A stretch of DNA of 64,000 nt from NCBI GenBank assembly GCA_047284725.1, contig JBJBEO010000001.1:672001-736000 (forward strand), written 5' to 3'. The DNA comes from Synechococcus sp. GTDB lineage: Bacteria > Cyanobacteriota > Cyanobacteriia > PCC-6307 > Cyanobiaceae. Positions within the stretch are counted from its first letter, which is position 1. Every line of letters begins with the position of its first letter. Of this stretch, positions 10,963-19,511 are shown piece by piece. A program made the position numbers and the translations under genes. The notes under the pieces were generated by a model. The model saw only the letters and a list, made by a program, of their open reading frames with translations. It was not told the origin of the DNA and made no database searches.

Positions 10963-11433
10963 GCGTCGTTCAGAATCTACCAACTCGCCGCCGGTCCCCT
11001 GCGATCCGCTCTGTCCAAATCGCGCCAGCACCCCTGGGCTTCTGTGTCGGCTGGTGTTGCGTTGGCAGGCACCGCGGCGGTGTTGGCGCTGACCAATCCA
11101 TCCATGGCTGACTACCAGGCTTATGCCGGTGGTGAGTTGGTGGAGCTTGCCACCGAGGAACTGTGTGGAACGAGCGGTCTGCCCATGCTGCTGCGACTCT
11201 GGATTCAAGATTGCCCAGCGCTGATTGCAGCTCAGCAAACAAGTCTGGCCGCTTTGGCCGGCCAGATGAGCACGCGTCTGAATCTTGGCGTGGTCAGTGT
11301 GTTCACCACCGAAGTGGGCGGCCAAACGATCCTGCCAGCCCTGCGTCTCCCCCGTTATCGGGTCACAACCCTCGGAGTGGCCGGCCAGTTCCTACCGATC
11401 GACTCCAGGTCTGTTCAGACTGATACAGAGTGA
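10948..11433 (+). CDS. DUF4359-like protein (true start probably downstream of the tRNA)
   Basis: TM segment then LALTNPS..DYQAYAG, two Cys, C-terminal TLGVAGQF. Confidence 0.7.
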   Translation: MATPAASFRIYQLAAGPLRSALSKSRQHPWASVSAGVALAGTAAVLALTNPSMADYQAYAGGELVELATEELCGTSGLPMLLRLWIQDCPALIAAQQTSLAALAGQMSTRLNLGVVSVFTTEVGGQTILPALRLPRYRVTTLGVAGQFLPIDSRSVQTDTE

Positions 11434-12713
11434 AGACAAGCGCCAGCGGCCTGATTCAGGCCTGGGCTCCCAAGGGATTGATTGAAATCCCTTTTGGCCA
11501 GTCGTTCTCGACTGTGGTGGCTGCCGATGGTCTGGTGGCGGTTTCGCTGGCCTGGCGAGACGGGGTGATTCACAGCATCGAACCGTTGCCTGTCGAGGTT
11601 GCGTCGCCGTCCTGCTTGCTGATGCCCCGATTGGTGGAGCCCCATGCTCACCTCGACAAGGCCTTCAGCTGGCCTGAGGCTCCTAACCATGCCGGCACCT
11701 ATGCCGGGGCCATGGCCGCCAACTTCAGTGAACATCAGACCCGCACAGGGGCGGTCGTGGAGCAGCGGGCTGAGCGGGCCCTCGCGCTGGCATTGCGCCA
11801 TGGCTATCGCGCCATCCGCAGTCATGTCGACAGCCTTGGTCCTGGAGCGGCGTGCAGTTGGCAGGCTTTGCTGGATGTGCAGCAGCGTTGGCGGGGGCGT
11901 CTCGACCTGCAGCTGGTGGCGTTGCTCCCTGTGGAGTACTGGTCGTCGGCGGAGGGAGAGCTGTTGGCGCAGAAGGTCGCCTCCCAGGGTGGATTGCTGG
12001 GAGGCGTGTTGGGGCCGCCGTGCCAAGGGCGGCAATCCCGTGAGGCTGTGCGTCGCATGCTTCGACTGGCTGATCGACTCGACTGCGGCATCGACTTGCA
12101 TCTCGATGAAGCGCAGAGCGGCCCGGCTGAAGGGATGGCCGTTCTGTTGCGTGCCTTGGATCAAACCCCGGTGACTGTTCCGATCACCTGCAGCCATGCC
12201 AGCAGCCTTTCGCTGTTGTCACCTTCGCGCTTGGAGCGTCTGATGACGCGGATGCTTCACCACCAGCTGCAGGTGGTGGCGTTGCCCCTCACCAATGGAT
12301 GGTTGCTGGGGCGCGAGCAGGGCCGTACGCCGCTGATTCGTCCTCTCGCTCCGATTCATCAGTTGCAACGGGCCGGCCTGCGCGTTGCCGTTGGTGGCGA
12401 CAACGTGCAAGACCCCTGGTATCCGGGCGGCAATTTCGATCCTCTGATGCTGATGGCCCAGGCTCTTTCTCTCGCCCACCTGGCTCCCTGGGATCGCCTT
12501 GGTTTGATGCCCTTCACCACCGAAGCAGCGCGTCTTCTGGCTCTTCCCTGGGATGGTGTCCTGCGGATCGGTGCTCCAGCAGATTTGCTGCTGCTTCAGG
12601 CAAGCAGTTGGTCAGAAGCGCTGGCGCTCGTTCCTCCACGGCAAGTCGTCGTAGCTGGGGTTGCGCAGACAGGCCCTGGCAGCGCTGAAATCCTCCACAC
12701 TGATCCCTCGTAG
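11430..12713 (+). CDS. codA: Cytosine deaminase-like amidohydrolase
   Basis: EPHAHLDK, RSHVD, DLHLDE and GGDNVQDPWYP motifs. Confidence 0.85.
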   Translation: MKTSASGLIQAWAPKGLIEIPFGQSFSTVVAADGLVAVSLAWRDGVIHSIEPLPVEVASPSCLLMPRLVEPHAHLDKAFSWPEAPNHAGTYAGAMAANFSEHQTRTGAVVEQRAERALALALRHGYRAIRSHVDSLGPGAACSWQALLDVQQRWRGRLDLQLVALLPVEYWSSAEGELLAQKVASQGGLLGGVLGPPCQGRQSREAVRRMLRLADRLDCGIDLHLDEAQSGPAEGMAVLLRALDQTPVTVPITCSHASSLSLLSPSRLERLMTRMLHHQLQVVALPLTNGWLLGREQGRTPLIRPLAPIHQLQRAGLRVAVGGDNVQDPWYPGGNFDPLMLMAQALSLAHLAPWDRLGLMPFTTEAARLLALPWDGVLRIGAPADLLLLQASSWSEALALVPPRQVVVAGVAQTGPGSAEILHTDPS

Positions 12714-12725
12714 GCGGCTTGGGTC

Positions 12726-14078
12726 ATGGAACACTCTGCACAGGTGCTGCAGGACCTCCGTGAGGTGTTGGCTGCCGTGCCGGAGTTGGAGTTGCTCACC
12801 CAGTCCGCTGATCTCGAGCGCTACTCCCGCGACGCCTACGCGTATTCCCCGGTGCTGGAGACGTGCTTTCAGGATTGCCGAGCGGAGTTGGTGGTGCGTC
12901 CGCATTCCATCCCTGCTGTGATCGCCGTTGCCGCCGCCTGTGCTCGCATGCATGTGCCGCTGACGCTTCGAGGCTCTGGAACGGGAAATTACGGCCAGTG
13001 CGTGCCCTTGAAAGCCGGGGTGGTGATGTTGATGAGCGAGCTGCGCGCTGTGCGCAGCCTTGATGGGCAGACCGGTGTCGTTGAGGTGGAATGTGGTTGC
13101 CTGCTCAAGGATCTCGACCGTGCTCTGGCTGAGCAGAATCGGCAATTGCGGTTGATGCCCAGCACCTGGCGCAGCGCCAGTGTGGGTGGATTCATCGCCG
13201 GTGGATCGGGTGGAATCGGCTCTGTGCGGTGGGGCTTCCTCCGTGATCCCGGCCATCTGCTGGCCCTCGAGGTGGTGACTTTGGAGGAGGAGCCCCGCCT
13301 CCTTCGCCTGGAGGCGAGCGAGGCTGAAGCGCTGAACCATGCCTATGGCACCAACGGCATCATCACCGCCCTCACCCTGACGACTGCTCCTCGGGTGGCT
13401 TGGCAGGAGGTGTGCATCGATTGTGATGACTGGGGAACGGCCGTTGCTCTGGCTCAGCGCTGTCAGCAGGCAGCGGTGGATTTGTTCCTCTGTACGGTCC
13501 TGGAGGCCTCGATCGTGGCCGGTTTGCCCGCCTGGAGTGGCATGGCACGGGGGCGTCATCGGCTGTTGCTGCTGGTCAGCCCTGATGGAGTGAGCACGGT
13601 GAAACGCATCGCTGCGGCTTCACGAGCAGAGGCGTGTTGCCTCGGGGCGGAGAATTCCCAGCGCGGCCATGGTCTGCGCGAACTGAGCTGGAATCACACC
13701 ACCTTGCACATGCGCCAGCAGGATCCGGGTTGGACGTATCTGCAGATGCTGTTGCCCCAACCCGAGCTGGAGGCGATGCAGGCGCTTTCACAGCGATGGG
13801 GAGACACGTTGCTTTGGCATCTTGAAGGGGTGCGCCACGCCGGTGGTGCCCGTCTGGCGGCCATCCCTCTGGTGCGTTGGCAAGGCGAACAGGCTCTCCA
13901 AGCCTTGATCAACCAGTGCCGTGAGCTGGGGGCCGTGATCTTCAACCCCCACGTGATCACCGTTGAAGAAGGTGGATTGGGGATTGTTGATGGTGATCAG
14001 GTGGCAGCCAAGCAACGCCATGACCCCGCTGGACTCTTGAATCCCGGCAAGCTTCTCGGATGGCCTGGTGAGGCCTGA
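12726..14078 (+). CDS. FAD-binding oxidoreductase (GlcD-like FAD-linked oxidase)
   Basis: RGSGTGNYGQ, GGFIAGGSGG, YGTNGIIT and DPAGLLNPGK motifs. Confidence 0.85.
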   Translation: MEHSAQVLQDLREVLAAVPELELLTQSADLERYSRDAYAYSPVLETCFQDCRAELVVRPHSIPAVIAVAAACARMHVPLTLRGSGTGNYGQCVPLKAGVVMLMSELRAVRSLDGQTGVVEVECGCLLKDLDRALAEQNRQLRLMPSTWRSASVGGFIAGGSGGIGSVRWGFLRDPGHLLALEVVTLEEEPRLLRLEASEAEALNHAYGTNGIITALTLTTAPRVAWQEVCIDCDDWGTAVALAQRCQQAAVDLFLCTVLEASIVAGLPAWSGMARGRHRLLLLVSPDGVSTVKRIAAASRAEACCLGAENSQRGHGLRELSWNHTTLHMRQQDPGWTYLQMLLPQPELEAMQALSQRWGDTLLWHLEGVRHAGGARLAAIPLVRWQGEQALQALINQCRELGAVIFNPHVITVEEGGLGIVDGDQVAAKQRHDPAGLLNPGKLLGWPGEA

Positions 14079-14083
14079 CATGC

Positions 14084-14647
14084 CTAGCAACCAAGACTGT
14101 CGCGGGTCGCCATGCCTGTGTGGGCATTGATGCCCTCGGCATCGCGGCAGAGACGAACGACATCGTCGCGATCCAAGAGGGCTTCGCTGAAGTCAGCCCC
14201 TTCGATTTGCGCACCGGCAAAACTGCTGCCTGAGGCAATCACGCCATTCAGCTGTGCGTTGCGCAGATCCGTGCCGCTGAAATCAGCACGATCCATCAGG
14301 GCATCGGAGAGGTCGGCTCCGTGGAAATCAGCATCCGCGAAGGCTCCCTGGGTGAAGATCGCCCCATGAAGGTCTGCGCCAGAGAAGTTGGCTCCCCTGC
14401 CGACGGCGCCAGCAAAGGATGTGTTGCTCAAGGCCTGATCGTGGAAATCTGCATTGGTTTGATTCGTCAAGGTGTAATCCACCCGTTCCTGGAACAGCGC
14501 TTTGTCTTGCAGGCCAAAGCCATTGGACGTGTCGAGGGCTGCTGCCGGTTGGAGGCTGCTCCATGGACTGAGTGCCATGGTCAAGGCGACCAAGATGGCG
14601 CCAAGCCAGCGTTTGAGAGCTGTGAGTCGCATGGGGGAGGAGGCCAT
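14084..14647 (-). CDS. Secreted/lumenal pentapeptide repeat protein
   Basis: Signal-peptide-like N-terminus and A(D/N)(F/L)xx repeats; start uncertain (14647 or 14632). Confidence 0.9.
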   Translation of the reverse strand: MASSPMRLTALKRWLGAILVALTMALSPWSSLQPAAALDTSNGFGLQDKALFQERVDYTLTNQTNADFHDQALSNTSFAGAVGRGANFSGADLHGAIFTQGAFADADFHGADLSDALMDRADFSGTDLRNAQLNGVIASGSSFAGAQIEGADFSEALLDRDDVVRLCRDAEGINAHTGMATRDSLGC

Positions 14648-14785
14648 GGCGATGGACGTATGTCGATCATCACTCTGCCGGGCATGGGCCTGCTGCAGCG
14701 CTGACGTTGCGATCACGGTGTGGATCACCTGGGTAACTGGCCTGGTGGGAGGGTTGCGCCATCAGGTTCGATGGCTATTTTTATT

Positions 14786-14878
14786 GTGTGAGGAGTTGAA
14801 CTCTTCAGTGGAGTGGAAACAAGGCAACACGCCCACATGAGTTCATGAAAAGCCCTGCCTTCGGCGGGGCTTTTTTTT
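14786..14878 (+). ncRNA. yfr2: Yfr2-family small RNA
   Basis: 5' GTGTGAGGAG; stem TGAACTC/GAGTTCA with GTGG/CCAC closing a GGAAACAAGGCAACAC apical region; intrinsic terminator GCCCTGCC-TTC-GGCGGGGC-T8; TATTTT just upstream. Confidence 0.82.
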
Positions 14879-14933
14879 CTGGATCAGTGCTCGCAGATTG
14901 CGGAAAAACACAGCACACAACCAACGACAGCGC

Positions 14934-15002
14934 AAAAAAAGGGGCCTGACGGCCCCTCGGGGGGTGTGAGGAGACCAACTTCGTGTGAGGAGAGTTGATC
15001 CA
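14934..15002 (-). ncRNA. Yfr1/Yfr10-like small RNA with two CUCCUCACAC motifs
   Basis: Reverse complement GATCAACT-CTCCTCACACGA-AGTTGGTC-TCCTCACAC-CCCCCGA-GGGGCC-GTCA-GGCCCC-T7: 5' hairpin, motif linker, terminator. Confidence 0.75.
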
Positions 15003-15042
15003 CCCCATTGCTAGCCCCCTTTGCAGCACTTTGGGTGGCTAG

Positions 15043-16314
15043 TTACATCAGGTCATTGATCAGGGGCAGGGCTGGACCTGGTTGGAGTGTGTTCTGCTTC
15101 AGCAGGTGGCCAATCAGGTACAAGGAACCTGCGATGACCGGAGCAGCGGCAGGCCATCCCTGCTGCTCCAGGCATCTCAACACCTGTTCCACGGCATCGC
15201 TCTCTGGGCAGGGTGGCTGGATTGCTGGCAGAGCATGAAGCTGACCGGCCCACGAGGCGTCTGATCGAACCAATTGAGCGCGGGTCCAGCTGCGGTGGCC
15301 CGGTACGGGCACGATCCAGGCCTGATCTTGAGGCTTCAGCAAAGACCGCAGCATCGCCGGCGCTTGCTTGTGGGCCTGAATCCCCAGGATCCAGGTGATG
15401 CCAGTGGATTGGTGGGGCCAGTGATGGCGTTCCCTCGCCAGGGCGTCTGCCGCTGGTGGGTTATGGGCTCCATCGATCAACACAGGCTTGGTCTGCCATT
15501 GCGTGCTTTGAAGACGCCCTGGCCATCGGGCTGCGGCAAGACCCTCGCGAATGCTGGTGTCGGTGATGCTCCAACCCAGGCGGCCAACCTGTTCCAACAC
15601 GGCTTTGGCCACAGCGGCGTTGCTGCGTTGCACATTGCCGGCAAGTCCCAGGTGCCAGCTGCTGTCAAGGGGATCGACCCAGTACAGCTGAGCCCCCTTC
15701 TGCGCACATTCCTGTGCAAACACTGCGGACACTTCGTTCACCTGGTGACCGCTGATCACCGTGGCCCCAGGCGTGATCGCGGCTGCTTTTTCCCGTGCGA
15801 CTGCCGTCAAACTGTTTCCCAGGTGTTCGCAGTGGTCGAGTCCGATCGACGCCACAGCAAGGATCGGACGATTGGAATGGGCTGTGGTGGCATCGAGTCG
15901 GCCACCGAGGCCTGCCTCCAGCACGAGCCACTCCAGCTTTGCCTGCTCGAAATGCACGAGGGCTGCCGTCATCAGACGTTCGAAGGGGGTGAGGACCTCG
16001 CTCTCGGCCAGTGGTTGCAAATCTTCCAGGCGCTGACGAAGCTCCTCGCTGCTGATCTGAGTGGAGCCAACGCGGATGCGTTCGGTCCAGTCCATCAGGT
16101 GTGGAGAGGTGGTGATGCCGCTGCGGATGCCGGCATGCACCATGGCGCTGTGGACGAAGCTGGCGATCGAGCCTTTGCCATTGGTCCCCACCACCTGGAC
16201 GGCCGGCACCGACTTGCACGGATGGTGGAGAGCGTTCAGGGCCCGTTGCATGCGTTCCAGGCTGAGATCCATGCCCCGTTGCTCAAACGGAGGCAGAAGA
16301 TCGCTGAAGTTCAT
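15043..16314 (-). CDS. folC: Folylpolyglutamate synthase/dihydrofolate synthase
   Basis: VVGTNGKGS, TSPHL, EAGLGGRLDAT, WPGRLQ and DGAHN motifs; start MNFSDL overlaps the argD stop. Confidence 0.95.
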   Translation of the reverse strand: MNFSDLLPPFEQRGMDLSLERMQRALNALHHPCKSVPAVQVVGTNGKGSIASFVHSAMVHAGIRSGITTSPHLMDWTERIRVGSTQISSEELRQRLEDLQPLAESEVLTPFERLMTAALVHFEQAKLEWLVLEAGLGGRLDATTAHSNRPILAVASIGLDHCEHLGNSLTAVAREKAAAITPGATVISGHQVNEVSAVFAQECAQKGAQLYWVDPLDSSWHLGLAGNVQRSNAAVAKAVLEQVGRLGWSITDTSIREGLAAARWPGRLQSTQWQTKPVLIDGAHNPPAADALARERHHWPHQSTGITWILGIQAHKQAPAMLRSLLKPQDQAWIVPVPGHRSWTRAQLVRSDASWAGQLHALPAIQPPCPESDAVEQVLRCLEQQGWPAAAPVIAGSLYLIGHLLKQNTLQPGPALPLINDLM

Positions 16315-17495
16315 GCGCTCAGGCTTGCCAGGGCGGCATCCAGTCGTTCGAGCAAGATGTTCACTTCCCGGCGTGAGATCACCAGGGGGGGCACCATCCG
16401 CACCACCTTGGGGCCCGCTGGTACCAGCAACAAGCGGTGGTTCAGGGCTGCTTTCACGACATCGAGGGCTGCCAGGGGGGCGTCGTCCTTTAGCACCACC
16501 CCTTGCAGTAGCCCCCAGCCTCGCACCGCCATCAGCATCTGGGGATAGCGCTCCACCAGGGTCTTCAGGCCGAGTCGCAATTGATCGCCACGCTGTTGAA
16601 CGTTGTCGAGCAGGTTGCGGCGTTGGAGTTCGCACGCAACGGTGAGGCCGGCTCGGCAGGCGAAAGGGTTGCCGCCAAAGGTGCTCGCGTGGTCACCGGG
16701 AACAAAGTGATCCGCCTTCGTTTTCACCAGCAGAGCACCGATCGCATGGCCTCCTCCAAGGCCCTTCGCGAGGGTGAAGGCGTCGGGTTCAACTCCGAGT
16801 TGTTCGTACCCCCACAGGCTGCCGCTCCTGCCCATGCCCACCTGCACTTCATCAAAGATCAGCAGGATGTTGCGGTCGTCACAGTGCCGGCGGATTGCGC
16901 GAAACACGGCGGGATTGCCGGGATTTACACCGCCTTCGCCCTGGAGAGGCTCGATCAGCACTGCCGCGACGCGAGGCCCATTCGCTTCCATGCGATTGAG
17001 CAGGGTCTCGAACGAGGAAAGATCGTTGTAAGTGAACGTCTCGAACCCTGCAACCATCGGTTCAAAGCCTTGGTGGTAGCGGGGTTGCCCTGTGGCGCTG
17101 ACCGCCGCGAGGGTGCGGCCATGAAAGCTGGCTTGAGCCGTGAGAATCACCGGACGGTCGATGCTTCGCACGGTGTGGCCATGCTTGCGTGCCAACTTGA
17201 TTGCGGCTTCGTTGGCTTCCGCTCCGGAATTGCAGAAAAAAACGCTGTCGGCACAGCTGTGATGCACAAGCCAGCTGGCCAGTTCGATCTGTTCAGGAAT
17301 CTCATAGAGATTCGAGACGTGCTGAAGACGGCGCAGCTGTCGCGTGAGGGCTTGTCTCATCGCAGCATCGCTGTGCCCCAGTGTGCAGGTGGCAATCCCT
17401 GCCACAGCATCGAGATATCGGGTGCCTTTCTCGTCCTTGACCCAGCAGCCTCTGCCTCGGGTGAGGGTGAGGGGAAAACGCCCGTAGGTCCCCAT
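16311..17495 (-). CDS. argD: Acetylornithine aminotransferase
   Basis: FCNSGAEANEAAIKLAR, FHGRT, IFDEVQVGMGRSG, AKGLGGG and STFGGNP motifs; start MGTYG just downstream of the tRNA. Confidence 0.93.
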   Translation of the reverse strand: MGTYGRFPLTLTRGRGCWVKDEKGTRYLDAVAGIATCTLGHSDAAMRQALTRQLRRLQHVSNLYEIPEQIELASWLVHHSCADSVFFCNSGAEANEAAIKLARKHGHTVRSIDRPVILTAQASFHGRTLAAVSATGQPRYHQGFEPMVAGFETFTYNDLSSFETLLNRMEANGPRVAAVLIEPLQGEGGVNPGNPAVFRAIRRHCDDRNILLIFDEVQVGMGRSGSLWGYEQLGVEPDAFTLAKGLGGGHAIGALLVKTKADHFVPGDHASTFGGNPFACRAGLTVACELQRRNLLDNVQQRGDQLRLGLKTLVERYPQMLMAVRGWGLLQGVVLKDDAPLAALDVVKAALNHRLLLVPAGPKVVRMVPPLVISRREVNILLERLDAALASLSA

Positions 17496-17508
17496 GACGG
17501 CGTCGGGA

Positions 17509-17591
17509 TGGGAGCCGGGGGACTTGAACCCCCAAGACCAGTGGCCGGCTGATTTTGAGTCAGCTGCGTCTACCAATTCCGCCAGGCTCCC
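17509..17591 (-). tRNA. tRNA-Leu(CAA)
   Basis: Reverse complement begins GGGAGCCTGGCGGAATTGGTAGACGCAGCTGACTCAAAATCAGCC and ends GGTTCAAGTCCCC..GGCTCCCA; anticodon CAA, long variable arm. Confidence 0.96.
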
Positions 17592-17648
17592 ACGGCTCCA
17601 ATTTTATGCGACAACTGACAGCTGCCGGCCGTTGTCTTGGGGCTGTTG

Positions 17649-18965
17649 TTAAAGCGGTGCCCCCTCGGCCGAGCCACAGCGCTCGAGTTGGGCTCCCGTG
17701 GCCGTGAGTTTGGCCTCAATCGCGTCGTAACCCCTGTCGAGATGGTTGAGACCCGACACCTTGCTCGTGCCTCGGGCAATCAGAGCGGCCAGCACCATGG
17801 CTGCTGCGGCTCGCAGATCGCTGCCTGTCACGGGTGCTGCGCTGAGCTGAGACACGCCTTCCACGACAGCGGTGTTGCCCTGCAGGCGAATGGAGGCGCC
17901 CATGCGTTGCAGCTCAGCGACGTGTTGCATGCGGTTCTCGTAAATCTTTTCGGTGATCACGCTGGTGCCCTTGGCCGTCGTTAGAAGCGCCATGAAGGGA
18001 GCTTGAAGATCGGTGGGAAAGCCTGGGAAGGGTTGGGTCGTGATGTCGACGCCGCAGATTTCACCCGGTGTGATTGTGATGCCGTCCTCCTCGATCTCGA
18101 GCTTGCAGCCGCAGTCGCGAAGCTTCTGAAGCACGGCGCTGAGGTGCTCAGGAATGACCGGGGCAACCCGCATCGGTGAACGGGTAATGGCTGCAGCAAG
18201 CAGAAAGGTGCCGGCTTCGATGCGATCGGGAATGACCGGATAGCGGCACTCCTGCAGTGTGTCGACGCCTTCGATCGTGATGGTGGGCCCGCCTGCACCA
18301 CTGATGCGTGCCCCCATGGTGTTGAGCAGGTTGGCGAGATCCTGAACCTCAGGTTCCTGGGCGGCGTTTTCGATCACGCTGGTGCCTTCTGCCAGAACGG
18401 CCGCCATCAGAATCGTTTCTGTGGCCCCAACGCTTGGGCAGTCGAGAACGATGGAGGCCCCTTGAAGTCGGCGGCTGCTCCCGGGAACGGCAGCGGACAC
18501 AACCCCATGTTCCACATTGACGACGGCTCCGAGGGCCTTCAGCCCTCGGATGTGTTCCACAACGGGTCGAGCACCAATCCTGCATCCGCCGGGGAGGGGC
18601 ACCTTGGCTTGGCCAAGGCGACCGAGCAAAGGCCCGATGGCAAAGAAACTGGCTCGCAGTCCATTCACCAATTCATAGGGAGGTTCGCCATGGCGAAGCT
18701 CGCTGGCATTGATGTGAACCGTTTCATGGCTGCGGACCACATCCACGCCAAGGGCCGTGAGAATGTCAGCCATCCCGTCAATGTCGGTGAGCTGAGGCAC
18801 GTTGGTGAGGGTGACCGGCTTATCGCTGAGGAGAGCGGCGGTCATCAGCACCAGGGCTGAATTCTTGGCGCCACTCACGCGCAGTTCGCCAAGGAGGCGT
18901 TTTCCTCCAGTGACCTCCAGATGCGGCTTGAGAATCTCCTGAGACACAGGCGCCACAGCCGGCAT
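17649..18965 (-). CDS. murA: UDP-N-acetylglucosamine 1-carboxyvinyltransferase
   Basis: SGAKNS, LPGGCRIGARP, PDRIEAGT and FPGFPTDLQ motifs. Confidence 0.98.
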   Translation of the reverse strand: MPAVAPVSQEILKPHLEVTGGKRLLGELRVSGAKNSALVLMTAALLSDKPVTLTNVPQLTDIDGMADILTALGVDVVRSHETVHINASELRHGEPPYELVNGLRASFFAIGPLLGRLGQAKVPLPGGCRIGARPVVEHIRGLKALGAVVNVEHGVVSAAVPGSSRRLQGASIVLDCPSVGATETILMAAVLAEGTSVIENAAQEPEVQDLANLLNTMGARISGAGGPTITIEGVDTLQECRYPVIPDRIEAGTFLLAAAITRSPMRVAPVIPEHLSAVLQKLRDCGCKLEIEEDGITITPGEICGVDITTQPFPGFPTDLQAPFMALLTTAKGTSVITEKIYENRMQHVAELQRMGASIRLQGNTAVVEGVSQLSAAPVTGSDLRAAAAMVLAALIARGTSKVSGLNHLDRGYDAIEAKLTATGAQLERCGSAEGAPL

Positions 18966-19124
18966 GGCAGAGCAGAGGGTGAGATTAGTTCACATTTTTA
19001 CAAGCGTGTCTGAGACTGTCTAGACGGCCGGCCCTCAAACTGGATCGATCGGTTTGAAGGTTCATCCCGTGGGTAGGGGTGGTCGATGGCTTAAGGTCAT
19101 GCACGTCGCGATGGCGACACGCCA

Positions 19125-19208
19125 GCGGATGTGGCGGAATTGGTAGACGCGCTAGTTTCAGGTACTAGTGGCAGCAATGTCGTGGGAGTTCAAGTCTCCC
19201 CATCCGCA
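19125..19208 (+). tRNA. tRNA-Leu(CAG)
   Basis: GCGGATGTGGCGGAATTGGTAGACGCGCTAGTTTCAGGTACTAGTGGCAGCAATGTCGTGGGAGTTCAAGTCTCCCCATCCGCA; anticodon CAG. Confidence 0.96.
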
Positions 19209-19245
19209 CTACTTTGAAGGGGTCATCAACGACGTTGTCCCCATC

Positions 19246-19494
19246 ATGATTGTTTTAAAGATCTCCAATTCTTCGGAGGTTGTGGCTTCGAAGGTGGGGA
19301 AGTTTCTGGAATTTCTGACTCCGGATTCAATCGACGCTGCAGCTGTGGAAGACCAGGTGATCAAGAAGCTGGTTGAAAACCTCACGGCTGAAGGCATCAA
19401 AGGTGAAATCGCAGCGGTGAAAGGTCTCGACCTGGATGGACAGGAGCTCAGTCTTCATGACGGTATGAAGGTGCGAAAGCACACATCCTTCTGA
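19246..19494 (+). CDS. Conserved hypothetical protein (82 aa)
   Basis: MIVLKISNSSEVVASKVGKFLE...; typical coding composition; start placed after the tRNA. Confidence 0.8.
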   Translation: MIVLKISNSSEVVASKVGKFLEFLTPDSIDAAAVEDQVIKKLVENLTAEGIKGEIAAVKGLDLDGQELSLHDGMKVRKHTSF

Positions 19495-19511
19495 TTCTCT
19501 CGGGCTGAACC

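Noticed and set aside
14786..14992. Three GTGTGAGGAG copies as a possible mini-CRISPR
   Set aside because: The repeats are only 10 bp with irregular spacing, there are no cas genes, and the Yfr sRNA motifs explain them
16311..17576. ORF-track N-terminal extensions of argD and of 19168-19494 running through tRNAs
   Set aside because: The extensions are translations of tRNA sequence; downstream ATGs give normal proteins
10889..19208. tRNA genes as possible integration sites
   Set aside because: No integrase, no duplicated tRNA 3' end seen, and the flanking genes are core
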